Both the position numbers and the translations under genes were made by a program. A DNA stretch of 64,000 nt, taken from NCBI GenBank assembly GCA_002633005.1, contig NMRA01000063.1, positions 124,001-188,000 of the forward strand, read 5' to 3'. This document shows positions 43,108 through 55,440 of the stretch, one piece after another (positions within the stretch are counted from its first letter, which is position 1; each line of letters opens with the position of its first letter). Below the pieces are notes generated by a model. That model saw nothing but the letters and a program-made list of their open reading frames with translations, was not told where the DNA came from and did not search any database. The stretch is from Phoronis australis. Its lineage: Eukaryota; Animalia; Phoronida.

Positions 43108-44797
43108 AACAAGAGCAACGCATAGCGTTGAAATGCACCCACGGATGCACCGCAAACGGTGTGCTTCTAAGGGTGTTTATCCGAATCATAAAAATGGCCG
43201 CTGCACGGGTGAGAAACAACAAGACCGCTGGTCCTCTAAATCGGACCGATTCGCCCAAAACAAGACCTATGACCGCTGCACCAGAAAATGCATGACCAGC
43301 TACCACAAAACAGGACCGCCGGGCATTGAACATGGCCGCTGGGGATTGAAACGGCAATGACAAATATGCTAAGATTAATTACCGGCAGGCCTACACAGAT
43401 CATACAATGAGGCTGTATATGTATGCATATGTAGATCTTATGCCGATTAATCCACCGAAATCTTTTGTGCGCAACAGGACACTTCGCTTAGTAACACGCG
43501 GCACTTTTGTGTTTTAGTTCATCAGGCTATGCTGCAGTATGTGACTTATAAACAATTGAAAGTTCAACATTTACTAAATCTAACCGCAAACCAACCACGT
43601 TGCACGCTTTTGAGCTGAATAATTATAATTTTATCCACTGCGTAAGTTTTAGAACAAAATGAAAATCCTTTTCTCCAATTTGACTTTTAGTCAAGTAAAA
43701 AAAAATGGGCGTTCTGGTTCTCCGGTGAAACATAATCATAACTAGCCTTAGTGCGGCAAAGCTGTATACTAAATATACAGCCTTGCACCGATGTGGGTAA
43801 AACTGAACATGTAAAATCATTACCGAATTAATATTATTAACGACACTCTTCCTTGACTAAACTACATTATTTATCAGCGCTCGGGAAAAATTGTCGTAGT
43901 TGTGTCATTATTCTGCTGCTAAAATTGTGATGCGTTCTTTTAGGTCAGCTTACACTGGCCAGTTCTCTTTTCCCTCGATTCTTCAGTTAGCTGTTCTTCT
44001 CTTCTACGAGGTTGCACTCATGGCAAATTATCGAAACTGGTTTCATTTGGTTATAAGTTTTTAAAATTTTAATACCAGCAAACCGAATATCGGAAAAAAT
44101 CTTGCTGCTGCGAAGCTGTCATCGTCTTCCGAATTATGTCGCAAAATTTTAGGAAACGGAACGTGCACGTCACGAGCACGACAGACTTCTTGGTTACAAT
44201 AGACAAAGAATTATGTAAGCAAATGATGTTCATTAGATTGTTTTTCACTCAAGCGGCCGCAACATGCAAGGTGAGTGTTGGTTGAGGCCTAGATTTTGCA
44301 TGCGCCTGCGCCAGTCGCTAGCTCTACATGTCGATATAAGTTTCAAGATGAGTAGACGAGCAGAACTACCTGGGCTATGGGAAATTTCTGGGATTTAACA
44401 GACCTCAATGACGCAGTGCTACCAAGCTTTATTTTGGCGATAGTCTTTACACAGCTAGCTGACCGGTATCACACAAAGGCCTTGATAACTACATTTTGTC
44501 CGGCACTCATGGTTCAGTCCCCGGCGGTATTGTTTTGTGGTGGGCCGGTCATGTTTTTAGGAGCGTCAGTCCCATTTTCTGGTGCGGCGGTCCCCTTCGA
44601 TCCCCGTAAGACCTGTTCTGTGATGAGTCGGTCCAATTTGGAGGACCAGCGGTCATGTTGTTTCTCACTCGTGCACTACATGGTGCAAAATACTATGAAT
44701 CCACCAAAAAAAAGAAAATGTCACCGTTTTACCACATTTCATGAAAATCGTAAAGGAACTTTTGAGAAACAGAGGGGCAATTCCATTTGTGACGGAC
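43108..44797. mobile_element. Partial HINE-like copy interrupted by a Transib-like element
   Basis: Same head as the other copies; the family sequence resumes at 44674. Confidence 0.65.
43204..44673. mobile_element. Transib-like non-autonomous element
   Basis: CAC...GTG termini with TIRs of about 50 bp (CACGGGTGAGAAACAACAAGACCGCTGGTCCTC). Imperfect 5-bp TSD CGCTG/CACTA. Internal 43910-44460 is homologous to 40470-41040. Confidence 0.65.
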
Positions 44798-45937
44798 GTA
44801 TAATTAGAACATTTTGATCAATTGTGAAAAAAAATGTTCATCCTAAGAAGATAATTAATACATCATTGATAGGGTCTCATTGATAGCTTTCAGAGCGTGT
44901 ATCAACTTTCTCGTATCTTTTTATCCGACTGAGACAACTGCCTTTAAAGGGGTGAGACGGACACATGCAGAATTTGAATTTTTTGAAAAAACATTTTAAC
45001 GAACGCTCTGAATTTCTAATATTCAATTGTTTGTTGTGACTAAGATATCAATTCAGAATGGTTCAAACTTTTGTAGTATTTAAGCTATATTGGTCTTTTG
45101 CTACTGATTCAATGTTTTTTTAATCAAAATGTACCGAATGACCTTTTGCAGGAAATCATCACATGGTTAGCTTTTCATCCAGCTCTTTAACTCATGCCTT
45201 CTATTCAATTTTAAAGAGGCGTTAAATAATGTCACATCATTGTTCACACAGGTACAATTATGAATTTCTTGATTAATGGTAGTATTTTTTTGAAATTCAG
45301 AGAATATTCCAGCAGATATTTATTCTTCTCCCAGTTGCATCGGTTTTTCCTATGGCCGCCAACAATTTTCTTTTTCGTTTCTAAACGTCAATTTCATCTC
45401 ATCAAAGTTAACAGAAAAATTGATCTAATTCTTAAGAAGATTGCGAGATCAAAAATATGTTAGATGAGAAAATGTAATCATTTGGTATGAAATCATTTCA
45501 TACAAGCCACCCAAGACACTGAAAAACACAACAGTGACTATAGACAATAAAGTAGGTGACAGGTTGCCACTGCTTAAAAATGCCCAGTATCAGCTTTTTT
45601 AACATAAAACATAGCATAGCAGGTAAGAGCAGAAATGACATGTTGATTCAAGCACAACAGCAACTTGCCAAGTATTCCTTTAGCTCTCTTGTAATTTATA
45701 CTCTAGAGCACCGTAGGAATTCTTTTATATGAATATTTTTGCATCATGAATTTCCACAAGCTAAGCATTTCCTTACAAACATGGGGCAGCAACACAAAAA
45801 CAATATGATCATTAAATTAACATTTTGTTTTATTTACATTTTATAATGTGGTCCAAGTGTCTGAGTTTAATAAGTTGAATTCTACTAAGACGAACTAGAT
45901 GATATTGAGAACTATAACTTTTCTTTAAATACTTTTA

Positions 45938-48900
45938 CAACAGCAACGCGGAGCATTGAAATGCGCCCACGAATGCACTGCTAACGGTGTGCTTCTAGGG
46001 TTGTTTGTTTCATCAAAAAGCCACTAGATGGCACAAAAACACCAAATCCATCTGAAAACGGGAAAATACCATCGCTTCTTCAATAGAAAGCTATTTACCA
46101 TATTTCATAAATATCAGTCAAGGAACTTCAGAAAAACGAAGGAAAACAGAAAAAATCAAATTGCCACTATGGGGCACAGCGTTCACTGGATCGGCCTGAA
46201 AGACGTCTTCTGCTGTTAGCTTCATAAAACAAGAGCAACGCGGACCGTTGAAATGCGCCCACAAATGCATCGCAAATGATGTCCTTATGGGGTTGTTTCT
46301 TTTTATCTTTAAAATGGCCAATAGATGGCGAAAAATAAGCCAAATCCGTCTGAAAACCAAAAAAATGTCATTGCTTATTTAAAAGAAAGCCATTTACCAA
46401 CTTTAATTAAAATTTGCCGAGAAATTTCAGAGAAACTAAGGGAAAAAAAAAATTGCCACTAGGGGGCATCGTGTTCATCGGATCCGTCTAAACGTCGTCA
46501 TCTTCTCTTGTTAACTTCATACACGTGCTAACGTTAATAAAGATCCTAAAGAGGGCTTAGGAAATACAGGTGCAAAAAACAAAACCGCCACTAAGACGCG
46601 CTTCAGTAGTCAAAGTCATCAGAAAATCATCGGCAACAGTCCCCTTCACAGAAAGTAGATACATGCCAACTTTCATAATCATCCTTAGAGTGGTTTGGTT
46701 GACAGAGGGACGAACGCCACAAAACAGACTCAAAAACAACAAAAATGGCCTTGAAGTGGCGCAAAAAAACCTTGAAAAAAAACGAAGATGAATGGCTAGC
46801 GTCACCTCATTAATGGATGTCTATGTGCCAAATTTTATGGAAATCCGTTGAGTATCTTTGGAGATACAGCGATAAACGTAAAAAGAGCAATGCGGAGCGT
46901 TGAAATGCGCCCACGAATGCATTGCAAATGGTGTGCTTTTAGGATCATGTATTTGTATCATAAAAATGGCCACTGGATGGTGCAAAATACCTCGACTCCA
47001 TCAAAAAACAGAAAGACAGCGTCATCACACCAATAGATGGCTATATTTAAAATCTTATGAAATCTGTTGAGTACCTTTGAGTTAAAGTCCTTGTTGCAAA
47101 CTGCCCATGTGGTTCTAGTATCCGAAAATACTTACTACATAAAATCTTATTTTCGACACCCTTTCTTTACATTCTTTTCGCCTTTCTTGCCAAAAGCGAT
47201 TTTTGACCCTTTTCTCTGAGCGTATGATTACCGGTTGTCATCGGTTATTTCCGTACCCACATTTCCGGCTCATCAGTTCAGGAACTTGTCCTGAACGCCG
47301 CCATTTTTTCCTTGTAACTGAATGTGCTATGGAATGCTCGAAAAGTCTTCATTATATTGTCTTATTAATAATATATCGTGATTCGTTTGCATATGCAGTG
47401 TATTTATAGTTTGTAGTTTGTGGTCGTTGATTTTTTTTGGAATGTTACGCGTACTTAGTATGTTAAAATAGTATTGGTGTTTAGTTCCTTACGGAGGCCG
47501 GTCGAACCTAGGAACCAATATGGGTCGAACCTATTTTTTTTAGTTTTATTTTTTTCGTTTTGAAAAAGTACTTTGCTATCATCGGAAAGGTAGTACATTC
47601 TACTCAGTAAAAATCGAAAAAGTATCAAAATCGGGGCAAGCACTGTAAAGTTATTGCAAGTTTTGTGGCGAAATTTGGGTCACTTTGTTTGGATCGCGTC
47701 GGCCATATTGGAGGACAGCGGGATGAGTTACGAGTTTAAAACTTTGTGTAAATTGTTTTCGCCAACAAATTACTGTGACATTTAGTTAGACATAACTTTA
47801 CTTACTATTCTGCACGATTTAGCAGTGTTCACCAAATTTCAGCCTCGCAGTTGTTACTCATTAAGTGATAAATGTGCTCACAATTCCCGTTGGACTTCGT
47901 CTCATTCAGTTTCTGGCGGCACCTACAATGTCGACTTTTGCTGAACTGAAAGGCATGTTCAGTCGGCTACTTTGTAATTTGTGAAGATTTAACGTTGATA
48001 TACTTTGACGAACGTTGCTACAAAAAAGAAACTTTGTTCAATTTTCGTGTTTTTGTTTTTGTGTTTGTGGCCACCGACCAGTTAGGCCTAAGGGTAGTCT
48101 TGGCGCAAAGCTGCCTCCCGTTCAGTAACGCTAGGACCTCGCTAAAAAGCAAGACTTCGCGAGAATACGTGAGATTTCGCCGTGTATTTTGAATAAGAAC
48201 AAGTGACTTTGACTAGGTTTTAGCTAGGTCCTAGCGTAGGTCCTAGCATCTACTGAACGCACGCCTGTATAGGCCTACTAACAAGCTGTATTTTGACTAT
48301 AGTCTTCACTGGTTGCTGTTGACTGAGGCTAACTAAAGTCTGCCGCGGCAGTGTTACACAGGACTAACTAGCCCGTAATTTCATGCTAGTATCTGAAACT
48401 ACCCTTGAATATATGCAGCATTTATCATTTGACCATTTTACTTCGACAAAACAGCTTGCAACCGCATGCATTTACCGTTCGCCAGTGTCTGGTCTCGATC
48501 CGCACCGGGTCCGATAGGCTGCGGTCCCGAGTCTGGCAAAATAATTTCTGTCAAAATTTATTCGCCACATTTCTTCAGCAAATTCGATAAAATTGTCTGT
48601 AGTTTGATTTTATTAAAATTAAGGCGCGCTGTGGATCATTTTATCCCCGTTTGCTGGCTGGTAACAGTACAGGCACTGCTCGAGTCGCACTGACGGCGTT
48701 TTCTCGGACTGGGTTCCTGAATGAATTGTATTTCCGGGTTCGCGGCAAGTTCAAAATGGCGGTGTTTCTTCGGGTGCGAATCGTGAGTAGCGCGTTCATT
48801 TAAACTGTTTTCGAGTACGGATCGTGTATTAGTTATGGGGTAGGTACTTCTTGGATCCTTTTAACATCTTCTAACCATGTAATAAGGGTTAACAACGCGT

Positions 48901-49487
48901 GAGACAAGGACTTTAAACGTAAAAAATTAAAATTGCCACTAGGGGGCACAGCAGTAGTCAGATCTGTCTGAAAGTCGTCGTCATCCGTGGTCAACATCAT
49001 ATAAATACACTTGCTAAATTAAGTAAAGATCCTGCGAACGATTTAGGACATACAGCCATAGGCAAAAAAACTGCCACTAGGAGGCGGCACAGTAATCAAA
49101 GTCGTTGGGAAATCATCGTCAGCCGTCCTCTATAAAGTAAGAACATACATGCCAATTTTAACAATCACGCTTAGAGCAGTTTGGTTGATAGAGGGGTGGA
49201 CGCAATAAACAGACTCGAAAACAGTATAAATGGCCACTAGGTGGCGCAAACTATGTTGAATCCATGCGAAAACGGAAGGATAGCGTCATCTCACTTATAG
49301 GTGACTACATACCAAATTTCATGAAAATCCGTTGACTTTTGAAGATACAAAGGTAAGCGTAAAAAACTAAAATTGCCACTAGGGGGCACACCGGTAGTTG
49401 GATCAAATCGAAAGTTCGCTCATGCCGTCCCATCCATGAAAGGAACACGTGCAAAATTTCATGAACATATCTCAATCGATTGTGGAC
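45938..49487. mobile_element. Cluster of nested HINE-like copies
   Basis: Three head sequences (about 45938, 46228 and 46882) plus internal repeat units; interrupted at 47086-48912. Confidence 0.65.
47086..48912. mobile_element. Kolobok-like non-autonomous element
   Basis: TTAA|AGTCCTTGT ... ACAAGGACT|TTAA. The host repeat is continuous across the insertion. Confidence 0.65.
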
Positions 49488-49560
49488 ATAGACCCCATTC
49501 ACGCCGACAGGAGGCACGTTCCAAACGAGGCTTGCTACGATAGCTCTGGTGGCTTATCCG

Positions 49561-49698
49561 CATAGTTGTACTCCTCGTTGCTCGAACAGCTAGAAAAAAT
49601 ACGGACACTCAACTGTCTGTTTTACAATCCCTAAGGACGTTGGGATTCGGAAGAGTTGGGTCCTTGAAATACGCCGCGACGAAGGAAAATATGTCCGT
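49561..49698 (+). pseudogene. THAP-domain remnant (transposon-derived)
   Basis: HSCTPRCSNS*KKYGHSTVCFTIPKDVGIRKSWVLEIRRDEGKY fits the THAP CxxxC..F.PKD...W...IRRD pattern, with an in-frame stop. A Kolobok-like end GGTGGCATTCTCCT|TTAA lies at 50675-50692. Confidence 0.65.
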
Positions 49699-51044
49699 GT
49701 AAAATTTGTAACCTTAGCAACGAGGACCGGAGAATCTTCGGCCAGCCAGGCTGTGTTTTCATGACTATAGGTTGAAGCGCGATGCATTTTTCTTAACAAA
49801 AAGGACAGGGCCCTCAACCCCTCAATTCTGGGGCCAAATATCGGCGAAATTACCGGCCCCACGAGGCCTAAAAATTCCCTTAGTGATTGAAAATTTCTCT
49901 CCAACGGTTCAAATCTTCTGTGACCACGCATTACGACGTTTTCCTGTTGCTCCCAACTTGTTCGATTCTATAGCCCAACAACAAGTTGGGAAGTTTACCC
50001 CTGTAGCCAATATCTTACACGACTGATTAACTCCACTCTGGCATTTATGGTTGGAGTGCCTGCTCTCTTTTTTTCGATAATTGCTTTAATCTCCAATAAG
50101 ACCGTATCTATGGTGTGACTGGGCTGTGCTGCTAAAAATGAAGTTAAGTTATAGTATATTTGAACATCAAACTGATCGGGTTCCGATCCACTGGCCGGAA
50201 TAGCAAGCGTTTTTTGTGTTTAGAACTGAAAAAATCACAAAGTTCTCTAAAATTACAACGCACAGTTATGTTCTTCTGTCTTTATTTCACGGATGAATAA
50301 TTTGAATTTATCACCGAACAGACCCCAAACTCTCGTGACCGACCTTGGTAAACTGACCTACCGAACTTTGTAGGCTACGGTACATTCAAATACCTAAAAA
50401 TCCGGAACAGTGAAATAAAATAACATGTTTGTTCAAAAACTCGATGCATTTGTAAGGGTTTTACATCGAATTTTAATGATTTAATGGTGTAAAACGATGG
50501 ATTCAAGTGATAAGCTGACACCAGTAAGCGTGTGGTGAACTGTTTAACAGACCGCAGTGGAACCTCTGACATCACTGATTAATTTCAACACCTCCGTCAG
50601 CCGTCAGGTAAAAGTACTTGCTGTTATTGAGTGGAATTACTTTATTCAAATTGATACAAACTTGGTGGTTTTTTGGTGGCATTCTCCTTTAAAAGAGAAT
50701 CTGAATTTCTTTTAATTTTGTATGAAAACTTTTAACGTAACTAAGCTTTTTACAACTTTTTGTGACAGACGTTCAGCACCATGATATCCAGGAGTTGGCC
50801 TTTGACTCCCAGAAGTTAATGACGTGCCTTATTTATGACAATAACTAGCAACAGATGAAAATCAAGCTGATTTTTTAGGGTCAAGTGACTTCCAAAATGG
50901 CTCCATTTAGGTAAAAAAATTGAAAATTACAGGAGAGTCAAATATGGATTATGAAACTAGACTGGGCTTTCAGATGAGCTCAGAAATTTTAGTATAGCTA
51001 TAATTTTAATTTTTTGTCTCGAGGTTCACCTTTTCGTGGAATTC

Positions 51045-51679
51045 CCCAGAGGAAACTGGCAAAAATTGAAATTGCCACTAGGGGCAGAGCATTCGTCGGA
51101 TCTCTTTGAAGGTTGTCTTCCGTTGTCAACATCATACAAATAAACTTGCTAAATTTAATAAATAACTTGCAGATAGCTTAGGAGATACAGCTTTGGGCCT
51201 AAAAAAACAAAATTGCCACTAGGAGGCGCCGCAGTCACTTAAGTCGGAAAATCGTTGTCTACTGTCCTCTTCACACTAAGAACATATAAGCCTTTCACAA
51301 TCACCCTAAGAGTGGTTTGGTTGACAGAAGGTGGACGCCAAAAACAGAAAACAGTAAAAATGGCCACTAGATGGTGCAAAATACGTCGAATGAAAATTTG
51401 TCAAGCAACTTCAGAGAAACAGAGGAAAACTAAAAATTTCATGAAAATCGGTTGAGGACCTTTGAAGAAACAGAGGCTAACATAAAAAATCAAACTGCCA
51501 CTAGGGGGCACAGCGGTCTTTGGGTTTGTTCGAAACTCGTGGCCCTCTGTCGTCAACCCCATAGGAACACACCCGCCCAATTTCAATAAGATCCAGCCAG
51601 GGATTTAGGAGATACAGCTGCAGACACACAGACCGAGATGGCAGCAATATGCACCCACATATAAATATGTGGGCGCATT
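51045..51679. mobile_element. HINE-like element, terminal part
   Basis: Repeat units plus terminal hairpin ATGCACCCACATATAAATATGTGGGCGCAT. Confidence 0.68.
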
Positions 51680-51841
51680 TCCAGTGTGGCAGCTCCAAAA
51701 CAACACCAGGGTTTAAAACAAACAGTGCAGGTGGTCTGATGTCATTTGCAGTGCATCAGACGTGCGCAGGCCTTATGGTTGGGCCATTGCTCAAAACACC
51801 CGAGCAAAAGCACGAGAGCCCAATAATGGCTTCTTGTGAAG

Positions 51842-52200
51842 AAAGTTTTCAAGTCTGCCAGTCTCCTTTAGGAAAACGGACAGACGTTTCCATTTATTGC
51901 CATGCACTATATGTTGTAGGCATGTAACAATGCCATCCAGTAGGTTGCTCCTTAGCCTATAAAAAACCGGGTAAGACTCTACCAGGTGTTTGGGAGATTC
52001 TACGTCAGTACCACACTCGGAACACACAGGGCTCCCCATATGCCCAGTAATGTGTCTGTGTTGCAGTGGCCCGTCAAAATTTGAATGACGGGTCTTATAC
52101 CCAATTTATCTAGACTCAGGTTTTTTGAACACCTGTGTGTAAATTTCTGGGCAGCCCACCACGTTCCTTTTTGGCCCCGCCACTCGTCAATCAAACTCAA
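51842..52200 (-). pseudogene. Non-LTR retrotransposon ORF2 C-terminal fragment (I/R1/LOA-like zinc knuckle)
   Basis: Two adjacent frames give ...IRPVIQILTGHC... and GSPVCSECGTDVESPKHLVESYPVFYRLR, a degenerate LTGH..C..C....E...H....CP motif. Confidence 0.68.
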
Positions 52201-53936
52201 ATGACCGCCACACACCTAATCGTGACAGGGAAACTTCACCGCCACCCAAAAATCACTAGTAAAAATGATCACTAGTAAAATGAATCGCAAGTAAAAATGA
52301 TCGTTAGTAAAAATAATCGTTAGAAATAATAAGTCACACGGCACCTTTCGCCGTTTGTGTATCGAAAGGGAGAAAATAATAATTTTACAATGGGAACTTA
52401 AATTGTCCCCCCCCCCGGTTAAACACAATCATTCAATCCCCAATCCCCTTTCATACCTCTTTTCTGCCTGGTTATCGGACAATGCATATAAAATTAATAG
52501 AGCCGGGGACCAAGCAACGACCTTGATACGTAACTTCTAAAATGGGAAAGCACCAGGGCTAACTAATGAAGTAAGAAACGGTAGTTTCTGCTTCATTCAT
52601 TTTATCGTGTCCGAGTTTACAAAAGACATTGTGAATTGTACTGCAGAGAGTGACATCCAACTGTTTAATCAACCCTAGCACTGCGCCAAAATGACGATAT
52701 TGAATATTAACCAGTATCAGATTCGTCTGCATGGACTGGATTATACATCGTCTGCTACGCCGGCCAGTGCCAATCCACTATCACTGATTTACGGTTAGCA
52801 AGACGACATCAACGGAAGTTTCATTACACGAATTAGTTTGTTACGTCTACAAAGTTCACATATTTTTTGTTCTGTTTGTCACTTCGTGAATAATTAAATA
52901 TTAACACTGTTTTTTGTACTTAAGTGCGACAAAGATCACACTATGCTAGACACTTTGCCAATTTGTCTTGAGAAGTGTCCTTTACCTAGATACTTCCACT
53001 ACATGATGTTCGGGTTAAAGGCGAAGGCAACCTTTTTTCATGTCATTTTTAGCAAAAATAGGGTTCGTTGATTATCCCAGATATATTTTTCACTTATTTG
53101 CAGCTTTTTGTAATTTAATTAATTACTCGTCGTCTACTCCGGAAGTGACGTTTTGGGAGGCAAGAATTTCGCGCCAATTTCTTTTCATACAGTCTGACCA
53201 TGATAGCAGTCGAGTCAGTCATTGTTCAACCTCGGTGGTGATAAGTTCGGTCGTCGTTTCCTCTTGTTTACGAGTCAGTCAACATGCCACGCTGTTGCTG
53301 CCTACCGAGATGTACTCATTATCGTCTCACGTACAGAGGAAGAACTGTCCCACTTGCCCGAGTGTACCGCGACACACTCCCAGTTGATGGTGACTTGAGC
53401 ACCCAAATTTCTTACAATGTACTGCCGTGCGACTCCCTTGTCACACACGTGGCACCTTCTAACTAGCTCCAATACAAGTCCACAATAAACTTATCAAACT
53501 TAGGCTCAGCGATCTGTTCATTGGATGACGAACTATACTTTTCACTGGGTGTCAAACTGGGCCTGTATTCACTCCCACTACTCAACATCGCTGCACGGCT
53601 GCTTACAGGCTCTGGGCTAGAGACAACAGCACACGGGGAATCACTGCTAGTTCCTGGAATTGCACGGTATGGGGTACGTTCGGAGACATGGATGACGGTA
53701 GATGAAGTACGGTATGTAACCCTTCTTCAGGCGTTGTTTCGCAGGGACCTTCATCAATTCAGCGTACTTATCTCTGTCGCAATCTGACGGCTGAAAATGC
53801 TTGCCATTGCTTTGTACGTTGCGTGAGCGGGTAGCGCTGCGTTCTTCACACAAACGAGCTAGCCAAGTACGGCGAAGTGTGTCATCCTTTGGAAAGCGAT
53901 GCAAGGTACCCAAAGCTCGTGTGAGACGATAATGAG

Positions 53937-55440
53937 CAGGGCTCGACATAACGAGCTGCAGGTCGCATTTGCGACCTGAAATTTGGAAATGCGAGCTAAG
54001 ATTTTTGTCAGCTCGTATAAAGTCGCAAAATGCGACCTGTAATTTCCAACGAATGCGAGCTGAGTTTTTACACTTCTCAACAGATACCTGGCAAATACAC
54101 AGCAGCTCTTGTTAATCCGACCGTTATTTGGTTGTTGCCAAATACAAGTTCAAAAGAACACTAACCGAGAACAGGCCTCCCGATGACTTGTAAGCAAGTC
54201 GCGTGAACATGGGATATGTAGAATCGATCTTTGACGCGTTTCATTGGCTAACACTTTCGGCCACTTTTGTAAATTCCCGGATTCGCCGAAGAAAGTTTCG
54301 GGCCACTGCTTACACGTGATAAAACTTCACAAAACAACGGTGTTTCTATTAATTCTTAAGCGATCAACTTACCAAACTTTGTGGGGGACAAAAATGCTTA
54401 TTTTTCACANNNNNNNNNNNNNNNNNNNNNNNNNNNNNNNNNNNNNNNNNNNNNNNNNNNNNNNNNNNNNNNNNNNNNNNNNNNNNNNNNNNNNNNNNNN
54501 NNNNNNNNNNNNNNNNNNNNNNNNNNNNNNNNNNNNNNNNNNNNNNNNNNNNNNNNNNNNNNNNNNNNNNNNNNNNNNNNNNNNNNNNNNNNNNNNNNNN
54601 NNNNNNNNNNNNNNNNNNNNNNNNNNNNNNNNNNNNNNNNNNNNNNNNNNNNNNNNNNNNNNNNNNNNNNNNNNNNNNNNNNNNNNNNNNNNNNNNNNNN
54701 NNNNNNNNNNNNNNNNNNNNNNNNNNNNNNNNNNNNNNNNNNNNNNNNNNNNNNNNNNNNNNNNNNNNNNNNNNNNNNNNNNNNNNNNNNNNNNNNNNNN
54801 NNNNNNNNNNNNNNNNNNNNNNNNNNNNNNNNNNNNNNNNNNNNNNNNNNNNNNNNNNNNNNNNNNNNNNNNNNNNNNNNNNNNNNNNNNNNNNNNNNNN
54901 NNNNNNNNNNNNNNNNNNNNNNNNNNNNNNNNNNNNNNNNNNNNNNNNNNNNNNNNNNNNNNNNNNNNNNNNNNNNNNNNNNNNNNNNNNNNNNNNNNNN
55001 NNNNNNNNNNNNNNNNNNNNNNNNNNNNNNNNNNNNNNNNNNNNNNNNNNNNNNNNNNNNNNNNNNNNNNNNNNNNNNNNNNNNNNNNNNNNNNNNNNNN
55101 NNNNNNNNNNNNNNNNNNNNNNNNNNNNNNNNNNNNNNNNNNNNNNNNNNNNNNNNNNNNNNNNNNNNNNNNNNNNNNNGTCGTGAAGAACAGTAAGGCC
55201 GTACCTGCATGAATGAAGTCAATTTTGAGATCCGAAATTTGTGAGTATTTAACGCTGCAGGTAAGAGCATAATCTAAACATTTTCTTGATGATCTAAAAA
55301 ATCTATTTTGGCGCGTAAAAATGGCGGGAAAATTTTGCGACCTGGCATTTACGAATGCGAGCTGGATTTTGAAAATGCGACCTGGGATTTTGGCTAGGTC
55401 GCAAAATGCGACCTGGCGATTTTGATAACGTCGAGCCCTG
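53937..55440 (-). mobile_element. hAT-like family B element with 5-bp TSD, spanning the assembly gap
   Basis: CAGGGCTCGAC ... GTCGAGCCCTG with TSD ATGAG. Both arms match the copies at 59630-63760 in reverse. Confidence 0.85.
54410..55179. other. Assembly gap (770 N)
   Basis: Run of N. Confidence 1.

Noticed and set aside
45621-45641. ATG TCA TTT CTG CT (MSFL...) on the - strand as MOB1 exon 1
   Set aside because: No GT donor after nucleotide 14, so it cannot splice in phase to exon 2.
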